Virus record (IMG/VR): IMGVR_UViG_2667527582_000002
Source: a virus
Lineage: Duplodnaviria; Heunggongvirae; Uroviricota; Caudoviricetes
Length of the DNA stretch: 17,422 bases
Reading direction: 5' to 3' (one strand)
Part shown: positions 16,949 through 17,422 of the stretch, in pieces
Numbering within the stretch: the first letter of the stretch is position 1
Layout: each line of letters starts with the position of its first letter
The notes under the pieces: generated by a model
What the model saw: only the letters and a program-made list of their open reading frames with translations
Told to the model about the DNA's origin: nothing
Database searches by the model: none
Made by a program: the position numbers and the translations under genes

Positions 16949-17312
16949 ATGCAGGATATTCCACAGGAAACACATCATGAGACGACACGCCTCACTCAGT
17001 CAGCCCAGGTGGTGCTCTGGGAAATCGATCTGACAGTGGTCGGTGGAGAACGTTATTTTTTCTGTAATGAGCAGAACGAAAAAGGTGAGCCGATCACCTG
17101 GCAGGGGCGACAGTATCAGGCGTATCCCATTCAGGGGACGGGATTTGAACTGAACGGCAAGGGCAGTGCTGCCCGTCCGACACTGACGGTTTCTAACCTG
17201 CACGGCATGGTCACCGCGATGGCGGAAGACCTGCAGAGTCTGGTCGGAGGAACGGTGGTCCGGCGTAAGGTTTACGCCCGTTTTCTGGATGCGGTGAACT
17301 TCGTCAACGGAA
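16949..17312 (+). CDS. minor tail protein (lambda gpL-like), 5' portion interrupted by an N-run
   Basis: AGGAG upstream. MQDI.QET...VVLWEIDLT.VGGERYFFCNEQNEKGEP.TWQGRQYQ.YPIQG.GFELNGKG...RPTLTVSNL.GMVT.MAED.QSLVGGTVVRRKVYARFLDAVNFVNG is near-identical to lambda L residues 1-121. The reading frame runs into the N-run at 17313. Confidence 0.88.
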
Positions 17313-17322
17313 NNNNNNNNNN
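17313..17322. other. assembly gap (10 x N)
   Basis: Run of ten N characters. The sequence after it does not continue the gpL-like protein. Confidence 0.95.
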
Positions 17323-17422
17323 GCCGATGTCACTTTCTTGTGTAATACAGTGGTATTCGATGGGGAAGAACTTCACGCGAGCTATTATCAGTCGTTATTA
17401 TCTCAGGTACGGGATATGGTAG

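Overview
The window is the late (lysis, packaging, head, tail) region of a lambda-like siphovirus prophage of an enterobacterial host, read entirely from the sequence without database searches. Gene order on the + strand is: SAR-type endolysin with Rz/Rz1 spanins (528-1555); an AT-rich moron island with a CspA-family cold-shock gene, a Cys-rich mini-protein, two further small proteins (one Gns-family) and an orphan 68-aa ORF (1556-3480); a cos site resembling lambda cosN (about 3847-3858); then Nu1-like and A-like terminase subunits, W-like protein, portal, a single 675-aa ClpP-like protease/scaffold/major-capsid fusion, two small head-completion proteins, and tail genes Z, U, V, G/T (with -1 frameshift), H tape measure, M and the start of L. 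A 10-nt N-run at 17313-17322 interrupts L. The layout matches the Qin-type arrangement of E. coli (lysis, cspI/gnsB morons, nohA-like Nu1), but here the head and tail genes look intact. I found no CRISPR array, tRNA, rRNA, integrase or transposase, and no unmistakable novel defence system. The best candidates for undescribed biology are the small-protein moron cluster, the divergent ORF next to the endolysin, and the fused protease-capsid gene.
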